IMG/VR virus record: IMGVR_UViG_3300021067_000002
Span: 1 to 48,194 of that record
Length of the DNA: 48,194 bases
Source: a virus
Reading direction: 5' to 3' (one strand)
Shown here: positions 9,923 through 17,072 of the stretch, piece after piece
How positions within the stretch are numbered: position 1 is the stretch's first letter
Layout: every line of letters starts with the position of its first letter
Translations under genes and position numbers: made by a program
The notes under the pieces: model-generated
Database searches by the model: none
Seen by the model: the letters and a program-made list of their open reading frames with translations, nothing else
What the model was told of the DNA's origin: nothing

Positions 9923-9945
9923 CGGGACAGTTATGGTGGTACAAT
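9923..9945 (+). promoter_or_regulatory. Promoter candidate: CGGGACAGTT box plus extended -10 TGGTACAAT
   Basis: Sequence is cgggacagttatggTGGTACAATtt. The same two blocks recur at 21763..21783. The ATG at 9961 lies 15 nt after the -10. Confidence 0.4.
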
Positions 9946-9960
9946 TTACCTGTAATTTAT

Positions 9961-11250
9961 ATGAACCCCACTGGCCTGGAGCCGATAAAACCAGACCGCC
10001 GAGACTATTCCGTAGTTCATACGTTTGGCGCGACCGTTGACCCCAAGGGCTTACCGGACAGCTTTTCCATCTACGACGGCCGCGAAGTCCCCAACCAAAA
10101 CCGAGAAGACACCCGCTTTACCCCTGCGGTGCGTCCACTACCCATGGGCTGCACCGGAGAGAGCCAAACCTTTTTAGCGGGTATTGCTGATGGAGCGCTC
10201 TACCGCCCTGATGATTTGTACGACCACACACCACCTGGCATTGATGGCCAAGGCCGAGGGATGCGTGAGAGTTTGAAGGCGACCAAGGAACGAGGGTTTG
10301 TCACACAGCCTGACAGCGAACCTGTGGAGAAGCGTAAGGGCTACTTCAACTGCTATGGCGCAGGCAAGATTGATGATTTTGATGCGACCCGCATAGCGCT
10401 CTGGCTTAACCAGGGAGAGAAGCGCGGCGTCACCGTGGGCACCTACTGGTATACCGAGTTTAATAATCCCAAACCCGACCACACCCTCCGCGTCCCGTCG
10501 TTTAACACGAACCTTGGCTCACTCCACAACTGGGTAGCTACTGGCTGGAAGCGCATCAAAGACGTAGACCACCTCGAAGTAATCCCCTGGATGGGAAGTG
10601 GCTACGGCAACAATGGCCGCGCCTACATGTCCCGTGCGATCTACAACGCACTCATGGCCCAGCCGTACACCGGAGCCTTTACCTTTACCAAGTACCAGGG
10701 CAACGACCCCATCCCGGTGGGCATCCGCGCCATCATCGACAACTTTGTCTACTGGTTTAACAATCTCATCGGCAATAAGCCCGCCGTCGCGGAGCCCAAG
10801 GAGCAGGACACAGCTCCACAAAAGCCGCTGGAGCCACTCCCTGAGAGCAATCGCGAGAAGCTCCACGAGATGGCGTTGCTCTATCTCGACCAGGACGCCT
10901 CGCCCTCTGACATTGCCGACGATGAAGTTGGTTGTGCCGAGAGTGTCTCGACGATCTTGCACGAGGTGTACCCCGACTTCCCCGTCAAAGTCTCCACCAT
11001 CCGCCTGAATGAGTTTTTGAAAGCAGACAAGCGGTTTAAAGCAACATTGGAGGCAAAGCCCGGCAACATCATCATCTCACCCACGGTAGGCAAGACCATC
11101 GGCCACTGCGGCATCTTTACCGAAGGCCAGCGCATCTTGAACAACAACAGCAAGAACGGGCTGTGGCAGAACACCTACTCGCTGGATAGTTGGGTCAAGT
11201 ACTTCCGCTACCAGAAAGGATTGCACTTGTACTTTTACGAGCCGCTCTAA
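9961..11250 (+). CDS. Endolysin candidate with two cysteine-peptidase-like domains: N-terminal papain/C1-like and C-terminal CHAP/NlpC-P60-like
   Basis: N-terminal motifs are VPNQN..GCTGESQTF, LHNWVATGW and WMGSGYGNNGRAYM. C-terminal motifs are VGCAESVS...GHCGIF. A holin-like ORF lies next to it. Confidence 0.55.
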   Translation: MNPTGLEPIKPDRRDYSVVHTFGATVDPKGLPDSFSIYDGREVPNQNREDTRFTPAVRPLPMGCTGESQTFLAGIADGALYRPDDLYDHTPPGIDGQGRGMRESLKATKERGFVTQPDSEPVEKRKGYFNCYGAGKIDDFDATRIALWLNQGEKRGVTVGTYWYTEFNNPKPDHTLRVPSFNTNLGSLHNWVATGWKRIKDVDHLEVIPWMGSGYGNNGRAYMSRAIYNALMAQPYTGAFTFTKYQGNDPIPVGIRAIIDNFVYWFNNLIGNKPAVAEPKEQDTAPQKPLEPLPESNREKLHEMALLYLDQDASPSDIADDEVGCAESVSTILHEVYPDFPVKVSTIRLNEFLKADKRFKATLEAKPGNIIISPTVGKTIGHCGIFTEGQRILNNNSKNGLWQNTYSLDSWVKYFRYQKGLHLYFYEPL

Positions 11251-11317
11251 GTCGCGCCTGGCGTCCCCTGGCCTCACCTTCGCACACAAATTTAGAAGGG
11301 CGAGAGGCTGGGGGACG

Positions 11318-11521
11318 GTGGATACGACCACCAATTATCAAATAACACTGAATTGGATGCTTACCTCATTCGATAAGGCACTCGTTCCCGCAATCGTGCT
11401 GCTCGTCCTTGGTGGCCTCGGCTACATGGGTATTACGGAGGGTATGACTGTGGGTGACGCTGTGACCTTGTTGGTCTCGTCTGGTCTGGTCTGGCTCGTT
11501 CCCAACGCCCGCAAGGCCTAG
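11318..11521 (+). CDS. Holin-like small membrane protein (2 predicted TM segments)
   Basis: 67 aa with a GTG start. Hydrophobic stretches are ALVPAIVLLVLGGLGYMGI and AVTLLVSSGLVWLV. It lies directly downstream of the endolysin candidate. Confidence 0.5.
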   Translation: MDTTTNYQITLNWMLTSFDKALVPAIVLLVLGGLGYMGITEGMTVGDAVTLLVSSGLVWLVPNARKA

Positions 11522-11543
11522 GTCACTTTTCGTAGAACATGTG

Positions 11544-11578
11544 CAGCAAAGTAGCCCCTATCAAAGGGGGCTTTGCTG
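11544..11578. terminator. Hairpin at the end of the lysis cassette
   Basis: Sequence is cagcaa(agt)agcccc-tatcaaa-ggggct-ttgctg, giving 12 bp with one bulge. The U-tract is poor. Confidence 0.4.
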
Positions 11579-11715
11579 TCTCTAGCTCCTAAGCGCATAT
11601 GGCCGCCAAACGCCGTAAAATCGCTCAGGACGCGTTTCCGTGCGTCATCTGGGAAAAGGCAGGGGTAGCTGTCTCATACCCCCAAAATCGTATCAAAACC
11701 ACCTGATGCCCCTAT

Positions 11716-11748
11716 GAAGCAAAACGCTACGGGGTCGATGCCGTAGCG
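11716..11748 (-). terminator. Intrinsic terminator of the leftward operon
   Basis: On the minus strand: cgctacgg-catcgacc-ccgtagcg followed by ttttgcttc. Confidence 0.6.
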
Positions 11749-11863
11749 CTGCTGGGCCGATGGTATTTATCCGCGTTCGAGAGGAGAGCCGAGCCGTGGG
11801 GTTTGTACGGGCGGCAAACAAAAATATGATAACGCGGGAGCGAGCGGCCTACGGGGAATAATA

Positions 11864-12229
11864 TCACGATTTTAATAGCTCTCTGTGAGGACAAACCCCA
11901 TGCGCCCATTTGCCTTGATTGCAGTTGTGACAGAGAACTTGAAATCCAGGCGGGTACTTTTCTCTGCGAAGCCAAAAGTAAAAGCGGATGCCCGTTCCGA
12001 CCCCAATACTTTCACGGTGTTTTCGCCCTCCGCCATTGATGTGGTCGATGCTTAGAAACGGTAGACCTGTAGCACCACAACATTTACACGCCAATGTGCC
12101 GTCACTGTAGTGCGAGAACACCTCACGCTTTACTTTGTTGTGGTACGCCTTAACGCGGGTGAGCCGCCCTTCTCGGTTCTTTGCGTACGACTTTCTGTTG
12201 TATGCGTTCTGTCGCAGTCGCAAATCCAT
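11864..12229 (-). CDS. HNH endonuclease
   Basis: Motifs are CKCCG...LSIDHINGGGRKH...LCHNCNQGK. Confidence 0.75.
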   Translation of the reverse strand: MDLRLRQNAYNRKSYAKNREGRLTRVKAYHNKVKREVFSHYSDGTLACKCCGATGLPFLSIDHINGGGRKHRESIGVGTGIRFYFWLRREKYPPGFQVLCHNCNQGKWAHGVCPHRELLKS

Positions 12230-12232
12230 ACA

Positions 12233-12613
12233 CTAGCTAAGCAAGTCTTTATTCTCGTAGATGTTGCCAATGACGATACAATCGGGGCTACCGGTTTTGT
12301 CGAACGTGACGCGGGCGGACGGCAGGCCGACAAAGCCTGCCACCGTCGCATCCCAACGCACTTCTTCGGTTATACCGTTGTGCCAACGCACAACATCCCC
12401 TTCGTATATCTCCTTCCCATTTTTATCCTTGAGGCCGGTGAATTGCATTACCGCCCAGTCGTCATCTATGACGATGCCGTCTTCTGGGTCGGTGTAGTAC
12501 CAAGTCCACCTTTGAAGATAGATGGGTTCATCCGAATGAAACCCCCGCAAAGTCACGTCGTTCGTCATGTATTTGTGCGTCTTTTGCCACGCCCTAAACT
12601 TTATCTCTCGCAT
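12233..12613 (-). CDS. YopX-family protein
   Basis: Motifs are MREIKFRAW...QFTGLKDKNGKEIYEGDVV, the characteristic YopX N-terminus and core. Confidence 0.8.
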   Translation of the reverse strand: MREIKFRAWQKTHKYMTNDVTLRGFHSDEPIYLQRWTWYYTDPEDGIVIDDDWAVMQFTGLKDKNGKEIYEGDVVRWHNGITEEVRWDATVAGFVGLPSARVTFDKTGSPDCIVIGNIYENKDLLS

Positions 12614-12623
12614 ACCTTCAATG

Positions 12624-12767
12624 TTAATTACTAATACTTCCCGCGTACCATGAGGCGTGGCGACCTAACCGACACCACCAGTACCAGGACGTACCCCACT
12701 GTAGCTTCTCTTGTGCCGTCTCGGTGCGACATTTCATGCACAAAGCAAAGCGTACATCTTTGGTCAT
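12624..12767 (-). CDS. Small Cys/Trp-rich hypothetical protein (47 aa)
   Basis: Translated by hand as MTKDVRFALCMKCRTETAQEKLQWGTSWYWWCRL... It fills the gap between neighbouring genes, and an SD (gaagg) for yopX follows its stop. Confidence 0.35.
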   Translation of the reverse strand: MTKDVRFALCMKCRTETAQEKLQWGTSWYWWCRLGRHASWYAGSISN

Positions 12768-12771
12768 GGTT

Positions 12772-12939
12772 TTATTCTAAGTCGTAACTTTTGCGGCGCT
12801 CATCCAGCACGATACGCCAACCCTTCTTTGTGTTGAGACGAACGATAATCTCTTTTGGTAAGTTACAAGGCCACGGATGCTCTATCTTCAGCATCTTCGC
12901 TATGGTATGTGCCAGCTCTACTCGTTTCTTCTCCTCCAT
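12772..12939 (-). CDS. Small hypothetical protein (55 aa)
   Basis: Translated by hand as MEEKKRVELAHTIAKMLKIEHPWPCNLPKEIIVRLNTKKGWRIVLDERRKSYDLE. It is tightly packed with the next ORF. Confidence 0.35.
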   Translation of the reverse strand: MEEKKRVELAHTIAKMLKIEHPWPCNLPKEIIVRLNTKKGWRIVLDERRKSYDLE

Positions 12940-12988
12940 ACGCTTCTAGTTAGTGAGTAATGGTTCGTACAATATGCATTGTGCGGCT

Positions 12989-13219
12989 CTATATTAATTC
13001 TAATTGCTTCTCCTTAAGCCGGTAGTAGGCGTGCCCCTTACGATACTCGACTTCCAACACCCCCTCCTCTGCCAGCTCTCGCAACCGGCGTCCCACGTTC
13101 TGCGGCGTGTACGATGTTTTCTCCATTACCAGTCGCTGCACGGCGCCAGAGGCTATCCAAAATGAGTGGTTGCGCCTGAAGTATGCGGCCAAACGGTCTT
13201 TGAGGGATGCGCGGCTCAT
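12989..13219 (-). CDS. Winged-helix DNA-binding protein (candidate regulator)
   Basis: 76 aa. The pattern NVGRRLRELAEEGVLEVEYRKGHAYYRL is wHTH-like. Confidence 0.5.
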   Translation of the reverse strand: MSRASLKDRLAAYFRRNHSFWIASGAVQRLVMEKTSYTPQNVGRRLRELAEEGVLEVEYRKGHAYYRLKEKQLELI

Positions 13220-13518
13220 ACATTGGTTTGATTAAACTTATCGTACGATGCACGGACGTATCGCGCGAGCAGTGGGTGTGTCTTTGGATGTAGGGGGTCA
13301 AGACGCCCACCCTTCATGCGATTACAGCCAAAGCACAACGGCTCGAAGTTATCCTCATCGTCATATGCCAAGTCTCCAAGCCCCAAGTCGGTTAGAACGA
13401 ACGCGGGGACAATGTGCTCGACCGTAAGAGAGGGGTAGTGTTTGTTGCACTTCTTACACACGCCACCTCGGCTGTATTCCTTTTGCCTCTCTCCAAGTTT
13501 TGTCCCCTTGCCTTTCAT
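13216..13518 (-). CDS. HNH endonuclease
   Basis: Motifs are CKKCNKHYPSLTVEHIVP...NFEPLCFGCNRMKGG. Confidence 0.7.
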   Translation of the reverse strand: MKGKGTKLGERQKEYSRGGVCKKCNKHYPSLTVEHIVPAFVLTDLGLGDLAYDDEDNFEPLCFGCNRMKGGRLDPLHPKTHPLLARYVRASYDKFNQTNV

Positions 13519-13523
13519 GGTGG

Positions 13524-13787
13524 TTAAAAGGGCGGCTCCTCCGTACTCTCATCCTGCGGCTGTTCGACCACACCAGGCTTCTCTGGCTTATATGTATTTA
13601 GTGCGCCGTAGGGTTTGTTCTCTCGCCCCATGAGTAGGTCAATATCAACCCAGCCGTTGTTTTTGACGTTGGCCTCTAAGAAGTCCATAAACTCATCGAC
13701 CTTGATGCCGAGCCGTGCGATGACAAAGTCTGGTTTGTTCTCTGGCACCTTGACCACTAACCCCTTCGTAAAGATTTTGTCGGCCAT
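13524..13787 (-). CDS. Small SSB-like/annealase-partner protein with an acidic C-terminal tip
   Basis: 87 aa ending ...QPQDESTEEPPF, which resembles the SSB acidic tail (..DDDIPF). It lies immediately downstream of the ERF gene. Confidence 0.4.
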   Translation of the reverse strand: MADKIFTKGLVVKVPENKPDFVIARLGIKVDEFMDFLEANVKNNGWVDIDLLMGRENKPYGALNTYKPEKPGVVEQPQDESTEEPPF

Positions 13788-13788
13788 G

Positions 13789-14409
13789 TTAGTTTTGTTG
13801 CGCCTCCAAGGCGTCGATAATACTCTCGTAATTTTCCTCTTTTAGTTCGTAGCCCGTATTCTCTTTGATGTATTTGCCGTACGCCTCGGGCGTTTGATCT
13901 AGCGGCTCCAATACAATTCCGTCTACCAACTCCTGTATACGCTTCTTTTGCACTTTGCGTTTATCTGCTACCTGCTTAGGGGGGACGGGCTTGGCAAACT
14001 TACCAGGGTCGTTAGCCTTCTGGGGCTTTGCCGTGGTGTTGTCATCCGCGTCAGCATCTTTGCCGTCATCAATGCAGAACAGGCCACAGAGGGCGTATTT
14101 GCGGGCGTAGGATGATGCCGCACCCGTTATCTGTGCCTCATCCATGCCCTTCTTATCGTGCGCTTCGCGGGCGTAGGCGTGTGCAATCGCTTGTGTGCCG
14201 TTTTCATCTGTCAGGATGGCGTACGCCTTGATGTAAACCCGGTCATTGACGTTCGCCAACTCATCTTGGAGGACGAGCGTGCCCTTTCCCAACAGCGGCT
14301 TGACCGCCTCTAATATGTCCTCACAGTTTCGATAGTGATATTTGCTAAACGAGTTGAATTGCCCTTTTGGTACCTTCAGCTCGCGTTGTATCTTCGCAAG
14401 TAGTTCCAT
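13789..14409 (-). CDS. erf: ERF-family single-strand annealing recombinase
   Basis: Motifs are FNSFSKYHYRNCEDILEAVKPLL...AREAHDKKGMDEAQITGAASSYARKYALCGLF. Confidence 0.75.
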   Translation of the reverse strand: MELLAKIQRELKVPKGQFNSFSKYHYRNCEDILEAVKPLLGKGTLVLQDELANVNDRVYIKAYAILTDENGTQAIAHAYAREAHDKKGMDEAQITGAASSYARKYALCGLFCIDDGKDADADDNTTAKPQKANDPGKFAKPVPPKQVADKRKVQKKRIQELVDGIVLEPLDQTPEAYGKYIKENTGYELKEENYESIIDALEAQQN

Positions 14410-14420
14410 AAATTTTATTG

Positions 14421-14609
14421 TTAGCTTCTATGTCTATCCTCTCCATGTTTGGCCTGCAGCTCTTCGTGGAGCCACTGACGCTCCCAGTGCTTGTCATCCT
14501 TGCGTATCATGTCGCGCAACACTGACTTGCTGTGTTCATCCATCTCGCCGTTGTAGACACGCTTGTTGTACTCCTCGACCTTTGCCTCTATCTCCTTTGG
14601 CGTAATCAT
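14421..14609 (-). CDS. Hypothetical protein (62 aa, charged/helical)
   Basis: ORF in an operon-like array. Its start overlaps the upstream stop. Confidence 0.5.
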   Translation of the reverse strand: MITPKEIEAKVEEYNKRVYNGEMDEHSKSVLRDMIRKDDKHWERQWLHEELQAKHGEDRHRS

Positions 14610-14794
14610 GGGACGATGATGCTTATAAACCTTTTAATGGGTGACCGCGATGATGTTTGCGGTTGGTGCGGGGGAATGGTTTTGCACTCTGGCGTCTCCC
14701 GCTGCGCCCAAGCCACCATGTCCTCTAGCTCTATTTGCTTCTCGATTGCGCGGCGCAATGAGAACTCGGGGTCATGGCCGTCTACTAATTTCAT
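14606..14794 (-). CDS. Hypothetical protein (62 aa)
   Basis: ORF in the operon array with ATGA overlaps on both sides. Confidence 0.5.
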   Translation of the reverse strand: MKLVDGHDPEFSLRRAIEKQIELEDMVAWAQRETPECKTIPPHQPQTSSRSPIKRFISIIVP

Positions 14795-14898
14795 AAGAAG
14801 TATCGGTACACAATCAGCCCAATTATTCCAATAAAGTAACAGAGCACTATCAATGCGACTAAGAGTGGCGGCTCATTCCCGTTCTTCTGGTTCTTCAT
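14791..14898 (-). CDS. Micro-ORF, single-pass membrane peptide (35 aa)
   Basis: Translated by hand as MKNQKNGNEPPLLVALIVLCYFIGIIGLIVYRYFL. Its stop overlaps the next ATG (ATGA). Confidence 0.3.
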   Translation of the reverse strand: MKNQKNGNEPPLLVALIVLCYFIGIIGLIVYRYFL

Positions 14899-14986
14899 AG
14901 TCTGCCAGTGTACACAACACGCAGTCGCACACATTTACTTTGATAATCCTCTCGCCCTCCAAATGCTCGACCTTCAACTGTTTCAT
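14873..14986 (-). CDS. Micro-ORF (37 aa, Cys-containing, acidic tail)
   Basis: Translated by hand as MKQLKVEHLEGERIIKVNVCDCVLCTLADYEEPEERE. It starts 1 nt after the upstream stop and overlaps the next micro-ORF by 26 nt. Confidence 0.25.
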   Translation of the reverse strand: MKQLKVEHLEGERIIKVNVCDCVLCTLADYEEPEERE

Positions 14987-14987
14987 G

Positions 14988-15197
14988 TTAGTTGTTCTTT
15001 AGGCAACTAATACCAGTGCCTGTGCTGCCGCCTGTGAGGGCGTAACAAATAACGTTGGCGTCCTTGTCGTAGAACTTTCGTAGTGAGTGGTAGACGAACT
15101 TTGTTTCATCTACCAAACTTATCCCGCTTGCTGCCCACACTTGCGCTCCTACCATCACCCCCGCCCCAACAACCGCACCCAACATAACTTTTTTCAT
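14988..15197 (-). CDS. Small secreted protein
   Basis: 69 aa with signal-like N-terminus MKKVMLGAVVGAGVMVGAQVWA. Confidence 0.5.
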   Translation of the reverse strand: MKKVMLGAVVGAGVMVGAQVWAASGISLVDETKFVYHSLRKFYDKDANVICYALTGGSTGTGISCLKNN

Positions 15198-15286
15198 AGA
15201 TTTTCCGCTTCACTGCCCTCGATGGTTTCCCTAGCCGCCACCTTACGAGAGGCTGCAATTAACACCGAGGACAGAGAGACAGACAT
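15194..15286 (-). CDS. Micro-ORF (30 aa)
   Basis: Translated by hand as MSVSLSSVLIAASRKVAARETIEGSEAENL. It has an ATGA overlap with the next gene. Confidence 0.2.
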   Translation of the reverse strand: MSVSLSSVLIAASRKVAARETIEGSEAENL

Positions 15287-15293
15287 AAGGTTA

Positions 15294-15458
15294 TTAGTTA
15301 AGAACAATCTGCGTTGCCAACTCCGCGTTCAGCATGAACGCCATGACAAGCGGGAGCGCCGCAATGACCGCACAGAGAACGACAAACCACACACTGACTT
15401 TGCGCTGATTGTAAGTGTGATAGCTACCTACCGACTTACGATTGATGTTAATATCCAT
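15294..15458 (-). CDS. Small membrane protein (54 aa, 1 TM)
   Basis: Translated by hand as MDININRKSVGSYHTYNQRKVSVWFVVLCAVIAALPLVMAFML... It is the first substantial ORF of the leftward operon. Confidence 0.4.
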   Translation of the reverse strand: MDININRKSVGSYHTYNQRKVSVWFVVLCAVIAALPLVMAFMLNAELATQIVLN

Positions 15459-15713
15459 ATCATCCACAACGCTATTGATAATGTGATTACGAACAAAACC
15501 ACTTCCATAACTTTTAAATGAGCTAATAAATAAAAGAGGTGTGACTGGCGATAGTCCCAGTAGGAGGCTTTGAGTAGAGTGGGCGAGATTTTGTTTCTTT
15601 GTTCCTCGCGTCTCGGCGTTTCACCGACTAGCTTGCGCTGCCACTCTTTTCAAAGTCCCGAACCAAAACGTCGCTGTCAATCGCCCTCTGTTATCTATTC
15701 AAACATGCCTACG

Positions 15714-15740
15714 GTGCTACGCAAGTGCTACGCATAGCAC
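15714..15740. promoter_or_regulatory. Operator-like repeats: GTGCTACGCA twice with an 11-bp period. The second copy forms the palindrome GTGCTA-CGCA-TAGCAC.
   Basis: Seen directly in the divergent early intergenic region (15459..15817). Confidence 0.45.
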
Positions 15741-15789
15741 GCGTGGGGATAGTGGCTCTGTCAAGGTGTGAATAGCTCACGAGCGTGAA

Positions 15790-15809
15790 TGCTACGCACG
15801 TGATACAAT
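15790..15809 (+). promoter_or_regulatory. Third TGCTACGCA box abutting the extended -10 TGATACAAT; rightward early promoter candidate
   Basis: Sequence is aaTGCTACGCAcgTGATACAATgcacttatATG, with 8 nt from the -10 to the ATG at 15818. Confidence 0.45.
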
Positions 15810-15817
15810 GCACTTAT

Positions 15818-15946
15818 ATGAAGATGACTAAGGCGGAAGCGGGACGTAAGGGCGCATTTATTAGGTGGTCGCGCATCTCTAAGAAGAAGCGCAAGAAGAT
15901 TATGAGTGCGGTTGCTAAAGCGCGGTACGCCGCTAAACAAATATGA
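15818..15946 (+). CDS. Small basic protein (42 aa)
   Basis: Translated by hand as MKMTKAEAGRKGAFIRWSRISKKKRKKIMSAVAKARYAAKQI. It has a leaderless-type promoter, and its stop overlaps the next ATG. Confidence 0.45.
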   Translation: MKMTKAEAGRKGAFIRWSRISKKKRKKIMSAVAKARYAAKQI

Positions 15947-16266
15947 TGTACGAAGGATGGCGGATTGAAATTCAAGACCGTCCAGCAATGTTTTACAGTG
16001 ACATTTGGATTTATCGAAGAGGCCCCGACAACAAGACGATTTTGTATCGCATGGACGGGCAGACTGACACGGCTACAGAAAGCACGCACGAATACGGCTC
16101 GCACCTCCCGGCCACCCTTACGATAGAGACAGACCTATTACCTCTTCTTATGGAGGCTCTCACAAAGAAGGGTGTGAAGCCACCCGCTCACAGCTTCGTT
16201 GAAGGGAAGCTAGACGCCACCGAGCGCCATCTGCAAGATATGCGGAAGATGCTGAAACTCAATTAG
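15943..16266 (+). CDS. Hypothetical protein (107 aa)
   Basis: ORF coupled translationally to the upstream micro-ORF. Confidence 0.55.
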   Translation: MMYEGWRIEIQDRPAMFYSDIWIYRRGPDNKTILYRMDGQTDTATESTHEYGSHLPATLTIETDLLPLLMEALTKKGVKPPAHSFVEGKLDATERHLQDMRKMLKLN

Positions 16267-16276
16267 GGGAGCCCCC

Positions 16277-16489
16277 ATGTCCAATCTCGTACACAACGAG
16301 CGCCTCAAGTTAGAGGCTACCTTCTACAACAACTTGGCCGCTGGCTTCCTCTTGGGCGGCATCCTGCTGCCGTATTACGCAACCGACAAGCACCACTGGA
16401 CTGATGCGCTCTATGCTTTAGCTGGGGTAGTCGTTTGCGTCTTCCTGCACTGGAACGCCCGCAATATCCTGCTCAAGATGAGGGAGTGA
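16277..16489 (+). CDS. Small membrane protein (70 aa, 2 TM)
   Basis: SD ggggag lies upstream. Hydrophobic segments are LAAGFLLGGILLPYY and ALAGVVVCVFL. Confidence 0.55.
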   Translation: MSNLVHNERLKLEATFYNNLAAGFLLGGILLPYYATDKHHWTDALYALAGVVVCVFLHWNARNILLKMRE

Positions 16490-16491
16490 CT

Positions 16492-16722
16492 GTGTTGCTC
16501 TGGCTCGTCTTTAAACGTGGCACTAAAACCGAGGTGGTCATCTACCCCGCGCAAGACCCGTCATTTGCCCGCATCAAACTCGCCATCGACCTGAAGTACG
16601 AGGCTCCCCTTAAAGAGTTTTACAGGCTGGACGCTAAGACAGCTCGTAAAGTACCGAAGAACATGATCGGCAAGGTGCTCTCACAGCGTCAGGCTGCGGC
16701 GGTGTTGAAGAAGATTGGTTGA
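16492..16722 (+). CDS. Hypothetical protein (about 76 aa; GTG start chosen after SD agggag)
   Basis: The ORF-track frame 16435..16722 overlaps the upstream gene. GTG at 16492 has a 5-nt spacer from the SD. Confidence 0.45.
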   Translation: MLLWLVFKRGTKTEVVIYPAQDPSFARIKLAIDLKYEAPLKEFYRLDAKTARKVPKNMIGKVLSQRQAAAVLKKIG

Positions 16723-17035
16723 CCACTGCACAACTACACCCCTGATAAAAGTGTCTACCGTGGTTTCGCCCGTCTTTATGTCTGCACCGCTCCGCTTTGA
16801 TTTCAATACCTGTCTGCTACCCCTGTTGAGCTAGACATCTCGGGATAAATCCTAAGCGGCGAAAATTGAAAAGTTGCTGGTGGGGAACTAGGAACTGATA
16901 CGTGACTTAGGTTATAGCGATTTTACCTTTCCTCACTTCGTTTAGCCGCTCATCGCAAAGCGCCTTCAGTTCAACCACGTATGTCCCCCATCAACAACCT
17001 TTCAAAGTTCTCTTTTGTTCGCGAGCTGGTCAGGT

Positions 17036-17072
17036 CGCCCGTTGTCATGTGCGCGACAGTGCGGGCGCTTTT
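17036..17072 (+). terminator. Terminator-like hairpin in the long non-coding stretch
   Basis: Sequence is cgcccg-t-tgtc / gaca-gtg-cgggcg, giving 10 bp with an internal loop. It is followed by cTTTT. Confidence 0.35.

Noticed and set aside
11727-11975. 82-aa minus-strand ORF overlapping the HNH 3' end and the terminator
   Set aside because: It overlaps the motif-supported HNH gene out of frame and runs through the terminator hairpin.
12965-12976. cgTACAATatg on the + strand, resembling the leaderless promoter pattern
   Set aside because: The following + strand ORF is only 7 codons long, and all surrounding genes are on the minus strand.
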